The translations under genes and the position numbers were made by a program. A DNA stretch of 52,255 nt from an uncultured bacterium (GTDB lineage Bacteria; Hydrothermota; Tepidihabitantia; B3-TA06). The stretch covers positions 30,178 to 82,432 of the forward strand of contig CAZUXE010000005.1 in NCBI GenBank assembly GCA_964624585.1, in the 5' to 3' direction. This document shows, in pieces, positions 47,086-52,255 of the stretch. The first letter of the stretch is position 1, and every line of letters begins with the position of its first letter. The notes beneath the pieces are model-generated. The model had not been told where the DNA came from. It searched no databases and saw nothing but the letters and a program-made list of their open reading frames with translations.

Positions 47086-48266
47086 TACTCACTCCCTTTG
47101 AATCTTCCTTCAGGAGGATTGGTATATGTAATTACAAGTTTTGGCTTTCCGAGAAGTCGTCCTAAAGCGTATATATTACGCTCTTGACCAAAAATGGAAC
47201 TATATTCAAGATAAGTATGAGCAACAAGCAAACCAAAGTTTGAATCGGGTTCATCAACCCACAACTGAGCCAAATTGACCATAGAAACAGTAAAGGAATC
47301 GTTCTTTACAGCAAGAGAATCCCGGCCGCTTAAAGATGCAGATATTTTAGTATGGCGTCCAATATAAGGCTCTTTAAGACGATGTATACCAAATTGAAGA
47401 GTATCATCAGGCGTAAAGTAGTTATTATATTTGATGGATAAATCGGCTGAGGTTATATCAATAATACTTGGCAAGTTGGCTAAGGAAAATTTTATATACA
47501 CACGCCAGGCGTAGCCTGCACCTATTAAGGTATCTGAACTAGGTTTCTGATAAGGTGCAAGAATAGTAGCATCCAGAACCTCTGCATAATACTTACTAGT
47601 CTTCGCTGAAGAAAACTTGGTTTTATCGCTGCCCTTGAAGCCTACGATATCGGGTTTAAAATACCTAACAGAATCTGAAGTAGTCGGATTCTCGGAAGCC
47701 CCTAGATAACAAAAGCCTTTATTTTGTGGAACGAAAATTATCCCTTTATTATACTGTTCCTTCTTATCGGGCTTCAGAAGCAATTCCACAGTATCGCTGT
47801 TTACATTAATTTTACCAATAAGGTCTTTGCTATCATACTCACCACCGGAAACATCCCACTTAGTGTAACCATCCTTTTGTTCCCATGTACAGGAATTTTC
47901 TTTCCATTCATCTGTAAGCGGATAGATATTTATGTTCATATTATCTTGGGTATAGTTATTTGGTTGATAACGTCTCATAACCAATTTTACAGAATCGAAC
48001 ACTGCTATTGAATCAAGGCCTTTGACGGAAAGAAGTATTCGTGACTCCGTAAGGGAATCCTTACCGCAAATTAAAGTCAATGCCCTTCCCAGTGGAATCT
48101 GTTCTGCAAAACTCTCTACTTCTACCGCCTCAAGGGTAAGCTGATGCACTTTCAAATCGCCACGCCCCAAAAGACCGTAACCCAGCAAATCATCTTCACA
48201 TGAAACCATAGAAATAAAGATAGCAACAAAAAAGGCGGACATGCAAATCTTAAACAACTTATTCAC
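47085..48266 (-). CDS. Lipoprotein (DUF4270-like) with a DNRLRE-type segment
   Basis: Lipobox ISMVS-C; YPLTDEWKENSCTW...W..SGG; NFGLLV; PKLVITYT. Confidence 0.65.
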   Translation of the reverse strand: MNKLFKICMSAFFVAIFISMVSCEDDLLGYGLLGRGDLKVHQLTLEAVEVESFAEQIPLGRALTLICGKDSLTESRILLSVKGLDSIAVFDSVKLVMRRYQPNNYTQDNMNINIYPLTDEWKENSCTWEQKDGYTKWDVSGGEYDSKDLIGKINVNSDTVELLLKPDKKEQYNKGIIFVPQNKGFCYLGASENPTTSDSVRYFKPDIVGFKGSDKTKFSSAKTSKYYAEVLDATILAPYQKPSSDTLIGAGYAWRVYIKFSLANLPSIIDITSADLSIKYNNYFTPDDTLQFGIHRLKEPYIGRHTKISASLSGRDSLAVKNDSFTVSMVNLAQLWVDEPDSNFGLLVAHTYLEYSSIFGQERNIYALGRLLGKPKLVITYTNPPEGRFKGSE

Positions 48267-49236
48267 TAAATTCCTCCTTTAAGGCTTCCACTACTTTTTC
48301 CCTAGCAGCGAACGCCGCTAAACGAACGGCGTTTTTTATTGCCCTGGCCGTTGAATGACCGTGGGAAATAATAACCGGCCCTTGAACTCCCAAAAGTATA
48401 CCACCACCTGATTTTTCATAATTAAGACCAACAAGGAAATCCTTAAACACTTTTTTAGATACCCAGCCCCTAAACCTGTACTTCTTTCCCATATCACGCA
48501 TCATCGAAAGTACCACGGCGCCCATACCTTCAACAGCTTTAAGCATAACATTACCTGTAAATCCATCGGTAATTATAACATCGGCTTTATTTTTGAATAT
48601 ATCTGTTCCCTCCATGTTTCCAATAAAGTTAAGGTTAGTGTTCTTGATGAGGTTATAGGCTTCCTGAATCATTTGAGTTCCCTTACCCTCTTCGTGCCCA
48701 ACATTAAGTAAACCAACTCTTGGGTTGTTGATGTGGAATATTCCTTGCATCATAACATTACCCATTACAGCATAATTTTTTAAGTGCAAAGGTTTCGGCT
48801 CAACATTTACCCCAACATCCAGAACAGCGGTTTGCCCATAGGGCGTAGGAAAAAGGGTTGCTAAAGCAGGTCGCTGAACACCCTTAATTCGTCCAAGCAG
48901 AAACAGGCTAAAGGCCATAACAGCACCTGTGTTACCCGCACTTACAAAACCATCAACCGCTCCCTCTTTGAGCAACTGCATTCCTTTAGCCATGCTGGAT
49001 GAAGTTTTGGTTTTAAGAACATCTGATGGAGCCTCATCCATTTTGACTACCTGCGAGACTTCCATAAACTCCAGTCGGTTGTTTGAGTCAATGTTTTTTT
49101 TGAAAGGCTCCAAAGCCTCCCTGATACCCAAAAGTACAATGGAAAGCTCCGGTTCCCTTTTCAGAGCTTCTATTGCTCCTCTAATTTCCGGTAACGGAGC
49201 TTCCTCACTCCCCATCGCATCCAGAGCGATTTTCAC
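48259..49236 (-). CDS. plsX: Phosphate acyltransferase PlsX
   Basis: [52 protein letters not shown]. Confidence 0.97.
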   Translation of the reverse strand: MKIALDAMGSEEAPLPEIRGAIEALKREPELSIVLLGIREALEPFKKNIDSNNRLEFMEVSQVVKMDEAPSDVLKTKTSSSMAKGMQLLKEGAVDGFVSAGNTGAVMAFSLFLLGRIKGVQRPALATLFPTPYGQTAVLDVGVNVEPKPLHLKNYAVMGNVMMQGIFHINNPRVGLLNVGHEEGKGTQMIQEAYNLIKNTNLNFIGNMEGTDIFKNKADVIITDGFTGNVMLKAVEGMGAVVLSMMRDMGKKYRFRGWVSKKVFKDFLVGLNYEKSGGGILLGVQGPVIISHGHSTARAIKNAVRLAAFAAREKVVEALKEEFSE

Positions 49237-49424
49237 TTCTTAGATTTACTCTCCACAACCACTACTTCATGATCACCATAAAAGCCGCAACTTGGGCAAA
49301 CCCTATGGGGCTGCTTCGGCGCATGGCAGTGGGGACACTCAGAGATCGCCGGAACATCTAACTTCCAATGAGTTCGACGTTTGCGACTACGAGTTTTTGA
49401 ATGTCTTCTCTTTGGTGTAGGCAT
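49233..49424 (-). CDS. rpmF: 50S ribosomal protein L32 (Zn-ribbon form)
   Basis: [27 protein letters not shown]. Confidence 0.97.
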   Translation of the reverse strand: MPTPKRRHSKTRSRKRRTHWKLDVPAISECPHCHAPKQPHRVCPSCGFYGDHEVVVVESKSKK

Positions 49425-49458
49425 CTTAGATAATCTCCTTTCGCAATATTGAATCGGT

Positions 49459-49486
49459 ATGTTACAGAAAAGAAACCCTTTGTCAA
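49459..49486 (-). promoter_or_regulatory. Promoter for the rpmF-plsX operon
   Basis: TTGACA-N16-TAACAT; SD AAAGGAG downstream. Confidence 0.6.
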
Positions 49487-49720
49487 CAGGACAACGACGA
49501 GATAAGATGAGATAAATGGAATGTCTAGCTTGCCGACTTTAAGGTTTTGCTACTCTTGCAGCTGCTTGCTTAAATAATATGGTAAGGATGCACCCTTTGG
49601 CGATAATTTTACAGCTTAGGATATTAATTTTCTTCAGTGAATAGAGTATAGGGATACAACTTTAAGCTTAACTTTTGCATCGGCAATTTTATTTAACTGT
49701 CCAATTAGGCGATAGGATAA

Positions 49721-49750
49721 ATAGGGGCAGGTCTTAATGGCTGCCCCTAT
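49721..49750. terminator. Hairpin downstream of the BNR-repeat gene; probable terminator
   Basis: ATAGGGGCAG-N10-CTGCCCCTAT, flanked by A/T tracts on both sides. Confidence 0.65.
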
Positions 49751-49784
49751 AATTTGTTTTTTAATACAGGAATACTACAGCAGT

Positions 49785-51689
49785 CTAGTTCAACAGTAAA
49801 AACTTATCTGATAAACTTTCGGTTTCAGTATTCAACTTGCAAAAATAAACACCCTTGGGAAGTTTCATTCCGGCATCATCTAATCCATTCCAGGAAATGT
49901 GATGCGCACCCGAAACAAGCAATTCATCAAGAAGATTTTTTATAACCCTACCTGATACATCACAAATAACGAGTCTTGCCTGCACGGTTTGAGGAACAGA
50001 GTAGGCAATTAACACAGAGCCATCAACCGGAGTTGCAGAAAGGCTATAACTTAAGTCAGGAGTAGCCTCCTTAACCCCAGGATTCTCGCTAGTTACTGTC
50101 AATGCTTTAACAACATCAAGTTTAGTGGTATCGTTTTCCGATCTTGTGGTAACAAGAACTGCAAAAGTGGAATCCTTAGGAATAGAAGCGTTAGGAGTAA
50201 CTTCAGCGCGAATTTCAACGAATTCACCGCTTGCAAGCGTAGGAGTTGACCACATATTATACGCGATAAGAGAAGTAATATCCGTACCGCCCGAGAGAGA
50301 ATCATAGTAAGCAATCTTCCACATTGTATCGCTTGCTGTTCCGCCTACAAGAAGCTTTTCAGGAATATCGCCATCGTTAGTAATGCGAATGTGATAAATA
50401 GCAGGATCGCCAGGCTTTGTAGATTGTTCTTCCACTTGATTCAAACCGTCGTTGTTATATATTCCGTCGCCGATATAGACATGTTCATAGTGATTTTTAA
50501 TAAGATTGTCAGGTTGCAACTCACCGCTCAAACCTGACTTATAGTACACTTCCGGGTTACCGTCACGTTCATCAGTCCATACAATATGTAAGGCGTAATC
50601 ACGACAAGCTATTGAAGGCGAGTACTTCGTTGATGCGTTATCAGTAAGTTTTATGTTATCTTCCCATCCGGTTCCATTATGACGGGAACGTTTATAGTAA
50701 ATATGAGATGTGCCGCTGAAATCATCGCCCCATACAACATGAACGCTGGTATCGGAAACCGCTATTGAAGGTTTCAAATGCCTACCTGCGGCAACGGCAT
50801 CATTAGTAAGCGCGGTATCTGCAGCCCATGTTGTTCCGGCATTCACAGACCTTATGTAAAAAAGTTCCGCTTCGCCATTTCTTTTATCTTCCCAAACAAC
50901 GTGTACATTTCTGCCTGAAACAGCTATTGCCGGATCAATGGAAGCGCTGTCGTTATTCGTCAGCCTCACGGCATTTCCCCAATCATCGCCATTGTTAGTT
51001 GAACGCTTGTAGTATATTTCATTATTGCCGTCACGAGTATCCGACCAAACAACGTGTATTGTATCGCCCGTAACTGCAATTGCCGGAGTAAACGATTCGC
51101 CTGTGGAATTAGTATCTTTTCTGTCAACATCCCAATTAACACCATTATTAGTTGAACGTTTATAGTAGAGTTCATATTTATCATCGCGGTTGTCCGACCA
51201 TACAACATGCACATTATTACCGCTCACGGCTATATTAGGTGTACGGGATGTTGAGTCATTTTCTGTCAGGGTATCGTATTGAGTCCATGTAGCTCCGTTA
51301 TCGGTTGAGCGCTTGTAGGAAATTTCGCGATTTCCAGGATGGTTACCACTCCATGCTGTATGAAGAGTAGAACCCGATATGGCAAGAGAGGCAAAATCTA
51401 CATCTCCAAAACCTGTAATGTCCATATCAGAATTCCAGTTGGCGCCGGCATCGGTGGAATGTTTGTAGAACAACCGGCTCTCGCTGCTGCTACGGGAATC
51501 TGTCCAGATAACGTGAACACTATCTCCACAAACGGCAACACTACGGTTATAGGTATATGAGTTGCCTGACGCGTTAGTCAAACGTTTACTGGCCTCCCAT
51601 ATTTGTCCATTCAGCGCTCCGCCTGCAGCAAAGAATAAAATAATAATTCCCCACAGGCTTAACTTTATACTTAAACTTTTTTTAGCCAT
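49785..51689 (-). CDS. Secreted BNR/Asp-box (sialidase-like) beta-propeller protein with an Ig-like domain and a T9SS-like/FlgD CTD
   Basis: Signal peptide; six repeats of HVVWxDxRxGxxEIYYKRSTxxGxxW; CTD ICDVSGRVIK...WNGLDDAG..LPKGVYFCKL. Confidence 0.85.
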   Translation of the reverse strand: MAKKSLSIKLSLWGIIILFFAAGGALNGQIWEASKRLTNASGNSYTYNRSVAVCGDSVHVIWTDSRSSSESRLFYKHSTDAGANWNSDMDITGFGDVDFASLAISGSTLHTAWSGNHPGNREISYKRSTDNGATWTQYDTLTENDSTSRTPNIAVSGNNVHVVWSDNRDDKYELYYKRSTNNGVNWDVDRKDTNSTGESFTPAIAVTGDTIHVVWSDTRDGNNEIYYKRSTNNGDDWGNAVRLTNNDSASIDPAIAVSGRNVHVVWEDKRNGEAELFYIRSVNAGTTWAADTALTNDAVAAGRHLKPSIAVSDTSVHVVWGDDFSGTSHIYYKRSRHNGTGWEDNIKLTDNASTKYSPSIACRDYALHIVWTDERDGNPEVYYKSGLSGELQPDNLIKNHYEHVYIGDGIYNNDGLNQVEEQSTKPGDPAIYHIRITNDGDIPEKLLVGGTASDTMWKIAYYDSLSGGTDITSLIAYNMWSTPTLASGEFVEIRAEVTPNASIPKDSTFAVLVTTRSENDTTKLDVVKALTVTSENPGVKEATPDLSYSLSATPVDGSVLIAYSVPQTVQARLVICDVSGRVIKNLLDELLVSGAHHISWNGLDDAGMKLPKGVYFCKLNTETESLSDKFLLLN

Positions 51690-51764
51690 AATGCCTCCTT
51701 ATAGCCACTTGGGTTACACTCGCTTAATCTTAAAAAACCCCTTGTTTATATTCTCTCTAAATAA

Positions 51765-51792
51765 ATATTACAACTAGATTAAGCCTTGTCAA
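51765..51792 (-). promoter_or_regulatory. Promoter for the BNR-repeat gene
   Basis: TTGACA-N16-TAATAT; SD AAGGAGG downstream. Confidence 0.6.
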
Positions 51793-52255
51793 GTAATTTA
51801 ATCCTTATTTATGCTTATTGAAGAGATTCAATAAGCATGGGATTAGCATGTGTTACATTCAAAAAAAGGACTACAAATAGAACTGCAACCTATCTTTTGG
51901 GGGATGTTTCTGTCTTAGGGCTAGATGCCCCATAGCTTAAGGCTGGTAGAGTAGCCAAAGCAAGCAATATTACGGACAGACGCTTCCTCAAGCACAATGT
52001 GTTCGTTCGTTTCATTTAATTCCTCCTGAAGTCAGGATATGCACTTTTGGCAAAAAGTCAAGGATCTTTTGCAACTTTTTCCCTTATCAACTATTTTTGC
52101 TGTAAAACAGGACTTTGTTAAGAACGCTCAACTAAGGGCAATTTAAGATATAGGTCGAGAAAAAGTAAACGGTTGAGGCGAAAGCTGACAGAGAACTTTG
52201 CTTGCGATAGATAAGGACTTTGCTGTTAAGCAAGGATGCTGCTAGTAAGCAAGGA

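Noticed and set aside
1912-51560. Numerous antisense or nested ORFs in the track (e.g. 1912-2541, 19804-20301, 30066-30491)
   Set aside because: They are shadow frames of well-supported genes on the opposite strand and lack recognisable motifs.
1-52255. CRISPR array, integrase, transposase, prophage or rRNA
   Set aside because: No regularly spaced repeats, no recognisable mobile-element ORFs, and no duplicated tRNA 3' ends (att sites) seen by eye.
52221-52255. Direct repeat TAAGCAAGGA (52227 and 52246) at the window end
   Set aside because: Only two short copies and truncated by the window edge; cannot be called an array.

Overview
A 52-kb AT-rich stretch of core chromosome from a diderm bacterium. 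The PorV-family barrels, FlgD-Ig/T9SS-like C-terminal domains and very short signal peptides suggest an FCB-related candidate lineage such as WOR-3; this is inference only. I found about 42 CDS and five tRNAs (Glu-UUC, Ser-GGA, Pro-CGG, Asp-GUC, Phe-GAA; none encodes CCA). I saw no CRISPR array, integrase, transposase or rRNA. Housekeeping blocks are rfbC-rfbB-ribBA-ribH-nusB, surA/ppiD, dnaE, pcm, hpt-ade-LOG-acyP, rarA, purA and rpmF-plsX-yggS. The most striking feature is a 14-kb same-strand envelope locus at 31090-45095. It runs: surface protein with a CTD, PorV-family barrel fused to a FlgD-Ig domain, three large secreted TPR proteins, ExbB, two ExbD, TonB, and a FlgD-like secreted protein. 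It combines the gene content of the Myxococcus Agl-Glt motor core with T9SS-type PorV/CTD parts and is a candidate undescribed PMF-driven secretion or surface-display machine. Other notable items are a QueH-uracil-DNA-glycosylase fusion, an ICL/PEP-mutase + LeuCD-like operon unlinked to leucine genes, several apparently leaderless genes, and a bias toward 16-bp promoter spacers. All calls come from reading the sequence by eye; no database search was run.
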